Shown here: positions 12,801 to 22,798 of the stretch, in pieces
Layout of the letters: the number at the start of each line of letters is the position of its first letter
Position numbering within the stretch: the first letter of the stretch is position 1
Source of the DNA: Cyanophora paradoxa CCMP329
Taxonomy: Eukaryota; Plantae; Glaucophyta
NCBI GenBank assembly: GCA_004431415.1
Contig: QPMI01000204.1
Location: 1 to 64,000 of the forward strand
Length of the DNA: 64,000 nt
Direction of reading: 5' to 3'
Position numbers and translations under genes: made by a program
The notes under the pieces: generated by a model
Database searches by the model: none
Told to the model about the DNA's origin: nothing
What the model saw: the letters and a program-made list of their open reading frames with translations, nothing else

Positions 12801-13175
12801 CAGGAGAGCCGCCACGACGCCGAGGCTGACGCGCCGTGGCGGCCGCGCCGTCCCCTTCGGGCCCGCCGCGCCGACCGCCGCCTCCGCACCGCTGCTTCGA
12901 ATTCCCGAGAGCGTTTTAGGCGATTCGGCGTTCGCAGCAGCGTCATCCGTTCCGCCCGGGACGATTGCAATCGAGAGCGGTGAGATGGCAGACAGGCGAC
13001 GCATTTGTATGGACGTCGGCCGCGGAGGGCCGGCATCCCCGTCTCCGCCGGAAAGATCGTCACTGGCTGGCGGCATGCTGTGAGGCCCGCGTACGCTCTG
13101 GATCCACCAGCCGGCCGATCCGCCTCCGAGTGCGGTGCCGTCAGCGACGCACAGCCATTTGCCGCCCGGGAGCAT
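6832..13175 (-). CDS. Membrane hybrid sensor histidine kinase: TM, extracellular sensor, TM, two PAS, HisKA, HATPase, pseudo-receiver, receiver (many introns)
   Basis: H-box FLAYTVHELRTPL; LRGDPHRLKQ|VVGNLIANAVKF; DVQDT|GPGM; FGGTGM|GLVISKRLVELM; receiver VLVV|DDVEMNR..DLVLM|DVEMPVLDG..PIVALT|AN..GMDETLVKP. Two hydrophobic TM segments. Start may instead be ATG 13076. Confidence 0.92.
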
Positions 13176-13656
13176 GCATGGAAGCTTTGCTGAAGGATGG
13201 CGTTTGTCGATCTTCCGATCCGAGGTGCTCGGTGAGTCTTCAGTTGCAACGCTCCGGAGAACCGCGCATGATATAATGCAGGAGCTTCACGCTACGCAGG
13301 CCTGCGGTAGCTAAGGTGACGCGAGAGAAACCAGCTAGCTATAGCTATGGCTGCTGCCGACGCGTGCTGGAAGCGGCGACGCGCGCCGGACGGCGAGCGC
13401 GGTATTATAGCGAGCTTGCGCACGCGTCATGCATGATCCAGCTCAAGGAAACGGCGCGGGATCGGCTCTCGGAGTCTCGGTATTGCAAATTTTTTGCAAT
13501 TGCAATTGCGTGATGAACAATCGTGATCTCGGAGATTCGATCGGACCGAACACTCTCGACGGGGGGTTCCTCTAGGGGCGGGTACAGCTGCGCTGCGTTC
13601 GCTCGCTGCTGGCTTCAAGCAAAACCTGCAGCAGGCGGCGAGCGCGCTGCTGAGAC

Positions 13657-16600
13657 ATGTGGCCAGGCTACGGCCAGCGAGCACCGCCAGGCCTGGGCTA
13701 CTGCGGCCCGCGAGCGCCGCCAGAGCACGGCCCCCGAGCGCCGGTGTACGGCAATGACCTCTCCTTCCACCCTGGAAACCTTTCGAGCTCCCGACGGGCC
13801 AGCGACGGCGGCGCTCAGCTGCAGCGTGCGCATGCTCATTGGCCTCCGCAAGAACGCTACCAGCAGCCTCCTTTCAATCAACTAGGTCCTGCGGCAAGCT
13901 ACGGCACACCTTGGACTGGCCACGAGCCTATGCGCCAGCAAGAGTGGCCTCCCATGCCCTGGCCGCCGAGGAATTACTTCGACGCCCGCGACCACGAACC
14001 TGCCGAGCGGCGATGGCACGAGAGAGTACGATTCGCGGACGGGCGCGGCGAGTGCGGCGTGCGGGGAGCTCGGCGCAGCCAAGAGCGAGACGACGGGGCG
14101 CGCGGGTGCGAGAGGCGACCGGGATCCGGGGACCGCGTGGCCGCTGGAGCGCGGGGTCCGGCGCCCTGGGAGCGAGGCCGGGATGACATGGTGCGTCAAC
14201 CGCAACGAGGGGCCAGCCCTCACCAGCAGCAGCAGCAGCAGCATCAACACCAACTCGGGAAGCCGGAGCGGCGGCAGCACGGAGAGCATGGAGACCGGAA
14301 GCAGGCGGAGCAGAGCCGGCGCGACGGGGTAGCACCGGAGGCCGGCTGGGAGGGGCGGGCGGCGGGGCCCGGGGCGGCGGGGATCGCGCGGCCCCTGCGG
14401 CGGGACACGTACTACGACCCGGAGAGCGACGAGGAGGGGCCCTTCCCCCCGCCCGACCTCTTTTCCAACCTCGGCTCCTGCGGCTTCCACCTCGGCCCCG
14501 CCCCCGCCGCCCCTCCCCGCGCCGGAATCGTCTACGAGCCCCCGCCGCGCCTCCTCAAGTCGCTCCCACCGTGCGTGCCCCCGCGGCGCCCGGCGGCCTG
14601 CGCTCAGCGGCGCGCCGCAGGAGCGAGCGCTTCGGGCAGGAGGTGGACGGGCGGACGCGCGCCCCCGACGCGGCGGCCCCCGCGCGTCTCGTCCCTGCCC
14701 CGCCCACCGTCTCCCGGTACCTCGCGCAGCGCTCGCCGCCGCCGGCGGTCGCCCCGCCCCGCCCCGCCCCGCCGAGCTGCAGCCGCCGGGCGCCCCGGCT
14801 GCCCCGTCTCTCCGCTGATGCACGGGGGCGGCCCCGCCTCGAGGATTCGTCGGCGCGGCCCGTCTCTCCCTCGCGGCCTCCGCGCTCCCCGCCGGCGGCG
14901 CCCCCGCTCGGGCTCATCCACGCCCTCGCCGCCGCGCCTTCCCCCGGGGCGCACGTCAGCCCGCCCCGCCTCGTCACCGCCCGCCCCGGCCCCGTCTCAC
15001 CGCCCCGCCTCCCCGTGCCGGCCCTCGGCCCCGTCTCCCCTCTCCGGGACGCTGTCTCGCCGCTCCGGGGCCCCGTCTCCCCGCCCCGCCACCTTGCGCC
15101 CTCGCCCCCCCGCGCCGCCCCACACCCGCCTTCGCCGCCGCACTCCATCTCTCCCCTGCGCCAGCCCCAGGCCCTCCAAGCTGCCGCCCCCCAGCGCCCG
15201 CCGGCAGCAGAGCCGGCTGCCGGCGCCCCGGCAGCGCTGCCTTCCGCGTTGCCTTCGGCGCTGGGCCCCATCCTCAGCGTCCTCCCGGGCCAGCCGGCGA
15301 GCGCACCTGCGCCCGCCGCCCTCGCCACCGTCCGCACCCCGCCCGCGCTCGTCCTCGTGCGCGTGCCGTGCCGGGGCGCTGACGGCGGCGGCAGCTGCCC
15401 GAGCCGGCCGGCGGGAGCTTCGCGCCCTACCAGCGCCCCGCCCCTGCCGCAGGTGCCGGTGCCCCCTGCCCGCCCCCTGCCCGCCGCTGAGCCCGTCTCT
15501 TCGCCTCGGCGCAGGCCCGCCGGCTCCACCGCCGGCCCCCGCCGTCGCGCCCAGCGCCGCCTCCCCAGCGCCTCTCGTGCGCCTCGCGCCCCGCGCCTCG
15601 CGCCCTCGCGCCCATCGACCGTCGGGGCCGCGCAGCCCTCGCCGCCGCCTTTGAGGCCGCAGGACCCCCGGGCGCGGCCCAGCGACCCTCGAGCCCGCCC
15701 CCGGCCGGCCCGAGCGCCCCGGCAACCGAAGCAGCCGCGCCGCCGCAGGCGTTCCTCTCCGCCCTCCGCGCCCTCGCGAACCCCCAGCGGCTTCCGCCCC
15801 GCCCCGCCGCCGCAGCCTCCGCTTTCGCAGCCGCCGGCGCCCCAGCAGCCGCCGCAGCCGCCGCCGCAGCTGCCGGTGGCGGCGGGGCCGTCGCCGTTCC
15901 TGCTGGTGCGCTGGAGCCACTGCCCCGGGGCCGTGCGGGACCCGCGCGCCATCCTCCCCCACTTCCACCGCTTCGGGGGCGCCGAGCTGCGCCTCACGAC
16001 GGTGCGCCGCCCGGCGGGCGGGCGGGCGGGCCGGGGGTGGGCGAGCGGGGCGCAGGGGCAAGCGCAGCAGGTGGGGCCCCTCAAGGACACCGGCTTCCTC
16101 GCCTTCCGCTCCGCCCCGAGGCCCGCCCGCCCCGCCCGCCGCCCCGCCCGCCGCCGGCGCCGCAGCACGCCGACGCGGCGGGGACGCGCGGCAGGCGGAG
16201 GCGGCGCTGTGCCTGCACGGGGCGCTCGTGGAGGGCGGGCCCTCCTCCTCGAGCGCGCCCCGGTCCGCCCCGCCCGCCGACCCGCCCCGCGACCCGGCGA
16301 CGCGGGAGGGCCGACCTGACGAGCGCGCGCACGCGGGCGCAGGCGAACGGCATCGCGGTGCTGCTGCAGCGCTACCCCGAGCTGGAGGCGCGCTACCGCG
16401 GCCCCCCGCCGCCCCGAGCCCCCTCCGCCCGCCCCGGCCCCCGCCCCGGCCCCGCCCCGGCCCTGCCGGCGACCATTCCCGAGTTCCCTTCGCTGCACAC
16501 CGGCGTCGCCATCAAGGAGGAGCGGCCCCCGACGCCGGTCTCGCCCCCGCGCCTCGTCTCGCCGCCCCGCGCCTCGTCTCGCCGCCCCCGCGTGCGGCGG

Positions 16601-18119
16601 CGAAGCGGGCAAGGAGGAGAGCGAGGGGAGGCGAGCGAGGGGAGCGGGGCGGGCCCGTCGGACGCGGAGGGCGACTCCGGGCCGAGCCCCTGCCGCGCGC
16701 CCCGCCCGCCGCCCCGCCAAGCGGCAACGACGGAGGGAGCGGGCCCCGTGCGCCACCGCCCCGCGGGGCGCCGGGCGCGCGCTGCTCACGCGGCGCCGCG
16801 CAGGGCCGCGAAGCAGCGGGCCCGCAAGCAGGCGCCGGCGCCGCCGCAGGCCGAGCAGCGGGCGCCGAAGCGGCAGCGGGCGGAGGCGGGCGGGGCGGGC
16901 CCGTCGGAGGGGGCCGTGGAGGGGCCCGGCGGGGCGCGGAGGCGCACGCCGTCGGAGGACGACGCGCTAGCGGTGCGCCGGCGCGGGGCGCGGGCGCGGG
17001 GCGGGATCCGACGGGGCGCAGGATCGCGTGCTGGCGCTGCTCCGCGACTTTGAAGGCGTGCCCCTCGACACCGACGCGGCCCGCCCCCGCCCCGCGCCCC
17101 GCTCCACCCCCCTTCGGGCCTGACGCCCGGCCCAGATCCTGATGGGCCTGGCGGGGCGCGGCGGGGCGCAGAAGAGCGCTGTGCGGCGCGCCCTGCAGCT
17201 GCTCGTCACCGAGGGCGTCGCCTGCACGCCGGTCGGCAAGTGCGGCGACCTCAACACGGTGCCCCGCCCCGCCCCGCCGCCGCCGGCCCCGCTCACGCTG
17301 GTCCGCGCAGACGTACGAGGCACGCCCGGGGGCGGAGCGGCCGCCCCTGGCCGCCCCGGAGGCCCCGCCGCCCCGGCGGCGCACGTGCAGGTGCGGCCGC
17401 CGCCCCGCGCTTCTGACGGGCGAGCGGCCGATCCCGCGGGCGCCCTCTGCGCAGGCCAAGCGCGGCGGCGGCGGCGGGTCGCACGCCCGCCGGGGCAGCG
17501 CACCTCGCGGGAAGGCGGCTCGCGGGGCGAAAGGCAAGGGCGGGAGCCGGCGAGTCGGGGCCGCTGCGGTGTGCACCCGCGCGCCCTCTGCCGGCGGCGG
17601 CGGCGCCCGAGGGCGGGCGCGGCAGGTCGGGCAGGTACAGGGCCGCGGGGCGACTTCATAGAGGAGGCGCAGGAGTGGGAGGAGCCGGAGGGCGCGCCGG
17701 CCTCCAACGAGCCCGAGGAGGTCGAGTCCATTCTGGACAGGTCCCGCCCCCCGGCCCATGCCCCGGCCGGCCCGCCCCGTCAGCCCGACGCGCCCTCGCC
17801 GCGCCAGGGTCGTGAACCCCCAGACGGGAAGCTCTTCTACAAGATCAAGTGGCTGAACTGCAACCACATCAGCTGGGAGCCGGAAGAAGTGAGCGACTGC
17901 CTGCCGGCGCCAGGCTGCTCGAGCTCGGCGGCTCGAGCCCCCGGTCGGGCCGGGCGCAGGCGGTTGCTGAGCTGTGGGGGCGCGCAGAACTGCGAGGGGT
18001 GCACGGAGCTCCTGGCGGAGTTCGAGGAGGGGTACCACGCCTGCGGCGGCAACCTCGGGCCCTCGCCGCCCCCGACCGCCCCCCTGCCTCGTGGCTTCCC
18101 CGCCGGCGTTACTGTGTGA
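13657..18119 (+). CDS. Large Pro-rich protein with a possible RRM-like segment and a C-terminal chromodomain
   Basis: Spliced C-terminus EVESILDR|VVNPQTGKLFYKIKWLNCNHISWEPEE|NCEGCTELLAEFE is a chromodomain. Central FLLVRWSH..ILPHFHRFG..GFLAF is RRM-like (weak). Confidence 0.75.
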
Positions 18120-18174
18120 TCGCCCTTGAGCCTGGAGTGTGCTGCCGGGCAGAGAACGCTCAGCGGCTCGCCAG
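16995..18174. repeat. Left copy of a ~1.18 kb direct duplication flanking the LINE
   Basis: Matches 21340-22517 apart from homopolymer indels and a 7-nt insertion (cctggag, 18131-18137). Confidence 0.95.
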
Positions 18175-21100
18175 CCATTAGTGAATTCGCACACACCGAG
18201 ACAATACGGCTAATGATAGAACTGAGGAGTCCGTAAAGTGTCAAGTCGAAAGATGAGCCTACTGGTTACGCCGGGTAGGGAACCTATCAGCCATCGGACA
18301 GGGTGGAGCTAGTCAAGGAGACGTAAACTAAAGCAAAGCTAACCCAGAGCAGAGAGCTACTACCTATACATCTAGCCTAGCTTAGGACTAGGCTACCGAG
18401 AGGACTACCCAGGGTCTACGAGAGGGAGGTAAATTAAAACACTACTACTGCTAGTGCTGCCTGCCTAGGGACCGTCGGGACGTCCGGAGCTCGCGGGCTG
18501 TTCTACTGTACGGTAGGAAAGCCAGGACGGACCCGCGGTCTAATCTGCCTACTCTCGACGCGGCCGCGACTACAGCTAGCGCGGCGGGCTCCGCGTCGAG
18601 GGGGCCGCTCGCCCGAAGCGCGGGTGGAAGCACGTCGGCGTAGAGGGCCGAGGGGAATGAGGCGAGGGGGACGTTGCGGGGAAGAAGTGGGGCGGGACGG
18701 AGAAGGTCGGCGCCGGCCGTGGCGGGGAGGGGAGGGTCGGATTTCTCGGTCAGCAGGGCTTCCAGCCTCGAACCAGCCGCCGCACCCCCGCCGCGGGCAA
18801 TTGCGAGCCCCCTCCGCGGCGGTCCTTCAACCCACGGTCCTGGCACGATGGCCGGGGTATCTGGTGGGTGCAACGACCAGCCGAAGCCTTCCGCCAAGCC
18901 TTCCGATCCATCGTTCCCTCCCTGTCGAGGCGCGAGGAGCGCGGGCGAGGTCGTGAATGGGAGGCAGGGCCAAGAGAGCGAGCGGGAGGGCAGAGCGGGA
19001 GAGGGAGGCAAGGCAGGCGCTCGCTTGGGCGGGGCCCAGCGAGTCGGTCGGGGCGGCTATATCTAGTGTGTGCGAGGCTAAGAGTAGATCAGGTAAGTTT
19101 CTCGAGGACTAGGTATGGTGAAGTAGTAGGTAGGTGGTGTCGAGAGTCTCCTCCCGACGTAGCCCCCCCCCCCCCCCCCCTTTCGCGCGGCTCGGGGTAC
19201 CGTTTAGAGCGGGCTAGGATGTGACTCCCAAGGGCGTACCTTGACGCAATCGTAGAGCTCTTGGGCGCGGAGCGCCGCCTTCCAGCCCGCGTACTCCGGT
19301 GGGCAGTCTGCGTTCCGAGCGGCGTTGAGTAGATTGTGAAGGCGAATCGGCCCGTCGCAGGCGGCGCAGACTTCCTTACAGGTCCGGGGGCCGCGGGCCC
19401 GCTCTCGGGCGCGGGCGCCCGTGCGGGGCGGGCGCGGTCGCTTCTTTGAGGCCTGGGAGACGCGGCAGTCGCGTTCCCACTCCGCGTTGATTTCGCAGCG
19501 ACGTGACCAGAGGCGTCGGGCCCGTTCCAGAAGCGTTTGCCGAACGCGTTTAGCTGCGCGTGCCGCGTACCGGGGTGCAAGGTTCAGGCAGCGTGTGAGG
19601 GCGCTTTCTAGACTCTGCGGAGCAAGGCCCTGGAGCACCCAGAGGCGCGGATACGCGTACGGCCTACCATCGTAGCTGCGCGCCTCGGTGTCGTCGTCCG
19701 CGACGCGGAGGAAGATTGGGACCAGGTCGGGAGCAAGGAGGGCTCCTGCTGGCGGCGCTGTGAGGCCGTGGGCCTCTCTGTATGCGCAGAGCAGAAGTCG
19801 GTTCAGTTCGCGAGCAGTCTCCGCGCGGTGCGCGACCGCATGCGGACCCGGGCACAGGAAGACGTGCGGGAAAGTTTCAGTCGGGCCTGCGGTGAGAGCC
19901 GTCGGTGCCCGGATCGGGCGGCTGGCGCCCGCTGCTGGTTGAGCATGCGAGGCCTCTGTTGCAGTCTGGCTGTTCTGTGAGGCTGTCGGGCCGCTAGTCT
20001 CTGCACGAGGGAGCGGCGTTCTGGTGGCGCAGCCCGCACAGCGTCCCCCAGGGTTGCAGGCGGCGTAGAGTTCCTTCTGGTCACGTACCCGGACTTCGTT
20101 CGCTGGTAGCGAGCTACAGAGCAGCTGCGTCCGAAACTTGAATAGCGCGTTGCGGGCTCCATTGGCGCCTTGGAATCGGGAACCTACGCTCGTTTCCGCA
20201 TATAGCCCTGCTATGTCTGCGCCGTCGGCGCCTCGGCGCAGGAGCGCGCCAGCCAGCGGTTGTTGGGTCCAGGCAAAGTGCGTCTGGTGTTCGTGAAGTG
20301 CGTCCATGTGTGCCTTGGGGTCCCCTTCCACCCGTCGTGTGCGCCCGTCGGGGTCGCTGATGGTGAGCACCGCAGGCATGCTGAAGGCCGGCGGCAGAAA
20401 GAGAGGCTCATGCCGGTGTTCGTCCGCCAGCTCCAGGTCGGCCGCCACGTTCGCTCCGGCGTCCGCGACGTCGTTGTGGGGGTCGCGGGCGTCGCCCTTT
20501 GCGTGCGCTTTGACTTTGACGAGTTTGAGCGGCCGCCCGCGCTCCTCTAGCATTGTCCTGAGCTTGCTCCATGCGTACAGTTCCGCGGAGCAGGCGTGCC
20601 GGATGTATTCCCGCGGGCTGCGGCAGCTCGCGTGCTGGACGAAATCGGAGTACCAGCGGATCGCGTTCATGTTGTCGACGTGTAGAACCGCTCCGAAAGG
20701 CGAGAGCAGGTCAGCCATAAGCGCCGCCTGGAGTTCCGCCTTGTTGATCTCCTGCAGGCCCCGGAGCCGGGCAAAGAAGTCCGTGAGGATACCCGGCGGG
20801 TGCAGGCTTGCGCCAGTTCTGAGGTCCGTTTCCGGCCAGTGTACTGCGTAGCCCGCGCGAGCGTTAACCGTCTGGCCCTCTTTCAGGCTCCCGTCCGTCC
20901 AGGCGTACGCTGGGGCGTCGGCCACGTATGAGCCGCCAGGCGCCGCCTCGGCCTCCAGGTGCTCTTTGCGGTAGCGGGCTTCGAGGCCCTTCCAGGTCTC
21001 CAGGTATGCAACCCAACTGTACGGGTCGGCCTGATAGTAATATAGCTCGCGCGCCTCCTTGTTGGAGCTGACCGGGGGCGCTTCATCTTGCGGCAGGGGG

Positions 21101-21339
21101 GGCAAGTCGGGCGGGTTCGCCTCGAGCGTGGCGAGGTGAGCGGCGTCGGGCTCGGAGAGGAGGTGCCAGTTGACCCGCTCATCGCCCTCCTGCTTTGCCT
21201 GCAGCAGCATCCGCCATCGGTGCGCAGTGATGGTCGCGGCCGCCTGCCTGGAGGGCTTGAAGTATTCAAGACGGGCTTGGCGCAGGACCTGGCGACTGGC
21301 GCGCCCCGAGCGCGTCTGTACCTGCCCCTCGCATTCTTC
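18175..21339 (-). mobile_element. 5'-truncated non-LTR retrotransposon (L1/Tx1-like with RNase H), ~1 kb 3' UTR, no obvious poly(A)
   Basis: Intronless, lower-GC ORF open up to the 21339 junction, encoding RNase H and a CCHC knuckle. Boundaries are defined by the flanking duplication. Confidence 0.85.
19204..21339 (-). CDS. LINE ORF2 C-terminal fragment: RNase H, CCHC knuckle and a terminal Cys cluster (RT and endonuclease missing)
   Basis: YAWTDGS...AGYAVHW...NKAELQA...VDN...KVKAH...HNDVADAGA (RNase H D-E-D-D with His); CAGC...ETFPHVFLC; RLWSRRC; CAACDGPIRLH. Confidence 0.9.
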   Translation of the reverse strand, partial: EECEGQVQTRSGRASRQVLRQARLEYFKPSRQAAATITAHRWRMLLQAKQEGDERVNWHLLSEPDAAHLATLEANPPDLPPLPQDEAPPVSSNKEARELYYYQADPYSWVAYLETWKGLEARYRKEHLEAEAAPGGSYVADAPAYAWTDGSLKEGQTVNARAGYAVHWPETDLRTGASLHPPGILTDFFARLRGLQEINKAELQAALMADLLSPFGAVLHVDNMNAIRWYSDFVQHASCRSPREYIRHACSAELYAWSKLRTMLEERGRPLKLVKVKAHAKGDARDPHNDVADAGANVAADLELADEHRHEPLFLPPAFSMPAVLTISDPDGRTRRVEGDPKAHMDALHEHQTHFAWTQQPLAGALLRRGADGADIAGLYAETSVGSRFQGANGARNALFKFRTQLLCSSLPANEVRVRDQKELYAACNPGGRCAGCATRTPLPRAETSGPTASQNSQTATEASHAQPAAGASRPIRAPTALTAGPTETFPHVFLCPGPHAVAHRAETARELNRLLLCAYREAHGLTAPPAGALLAPDLVPIFLRVADDDTEARSYDGRPYAYPRLWVLQGLAPQSLESALTRCLNLAPRYAARAAKRVRQTLLERARRLWSRRCEINAEWERDCRVSQASKKRPRPPRTGARARERARGPRTCKEVCAACDGPIRLHNLLNAARNADCPPEYAGWKAALRAQELYDCVKVRPWESHPSPL

Positions 21340-22517
21340 CGCGGGGCGGGATCCGACGGGGCGCAGGATCGCGTGCTGGCGCTGCTCCGCGACTTTGAAG
21401 GCGTGCCCCTCGACACCGACGCGGCCCGCCCCCGCCCCGCGCCCCGCTCCACCCCCCTTCGGGCCTGACGCCCGGCCCAGATCCTGATGGGCCTGGCGGG
21501 GCGCGGCGGGGCGCAGAAGAGCGCTGTGCGGCGCGCCCTGCAGCTGCTCGTCACCGAGGGCGTCGCCTGCACGCCGGTCGGCAAGTGCGGCGACCTCAAC
21601 ACGGTGCCCCGCCCCGCCCGCCGCCGCCGGCCCCGCTCACGCTGGTCCGCGCAGACGTACGAGGCACGCCCGGGGCGGAGCGGCCGCCCCTGGCCGCCCC
21701 GGAGGCCCCGCCCGCCCCGGCGGCGCACGTGCAGGTGCGGCCGCCGCCCCGCGCTTCTGACGGGCGAGCGGCCGATCCCGCGGGCGCCCTCTGCGCAGGC
21801 CAAGCGCGGCGGCGGCGGCGGGTCGCACGCCCGCCGGGGCAGCGCACCTCGCGGGAAGGCGGCTCGCGGGGCGAAAGGCAAGGGCGGGAGCCGGCGAGTC
21901 GGGGCCGCTGCGGTGTGCACCCGCGCGCCCTCTGCCGGCGGCGGCGGCGCCCGAGGGCGGGGCGCGGCAGGTCGGGCAGGTACAGGGGCCGCGGGGCGAC
22001 TTCATAGAGGAGGCGCAGGAGTGGGAGGAGCCGGAGGGCGCGCCGGCCTCCAACGAGCCCGAGGAGGTCGAGTCCATTCTGGACAGGTCCCGCCCCCCCG
22101 GCCCATGCCCCCGGCCGGCCCGCCCCCGTCAGCCCGACGCGCCCTCGCCGCGCCAGGGTCGTGAACCCCCAGACGGGGAAGCTCTTCTACAAGATCAAGT
22201 GGCTGAACTGCAACCACATCAGCTGGGAGCCGGAAGAAGTGAGCGACTGCCTGCCGGCGCCAGGCTGCTCGAGCTCGGCGGCTCGAGCCCCCGGTCGGGC
22301 CGGGCGCAGGCGGTTGCTGAGCTGTGGGGGCGCGCAGAACTGCGAGGGGTGCACGGAGCTCCTGGCGGAGTTCGAGGAGGGGTACCACGCCTGCGGCGGC
22401 AACCTCGGGCCCTCGCCGCCCCCGACCGCCCCCCTGCCTCGTGGCTTCCCCGCCGGCGTTACTGTGTGATCGCCCTTGAGTGTGCTGCCGGGCAGAGAAC
22501 GCTCAGCGGCTCGCCAG
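21340..22517 (+). pseudogene. Right duplicate: promoterless 3' fragment of the chromodomain gene
   Basis: Begins inside an intron; contains the chromodomain exons and stop (22469), followed by different downstream sequence. Confidence 0.85.
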
Positions 22518-22798
22518 ATCCATTTCCATAGCGCCAGACAATTTTTTTTGCAAGAGCTCAAGCTCAAAGCGCTAAGCACAGGTCACCGCGGCCGGCCCCT
22601 GGTCTCGGGGCGTGCGCATGCATGCGCACTGCCAGGCTGGCCATGGCAGCGACTACGTTGTGTATACGTACGTACGCGATCGCGATATCGATCAAATCTC
22701 GAAACCGCAGCGCCGAACCGAATCCCCCCCCTCGTCCCCCCCCCCTCAGGGCCTTCGGATTCTGTGTTTCCTGTTGCTGCTAGCTTGGTTTTCAACGA

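Noticed and set aside
18220-18330. Hammerhead ribozyme in the LINE 3' region (ctgaggagtccg...gaaa)
   Set aside because: No stem II closes directly onto GAAA, and the motif is antisense to the element.
18451-19011. Separate protein-coding ORF in the LINE 3' region
   Set aside because: Non-ATG start, low complexity, no motifs; treated as 3' UTR.
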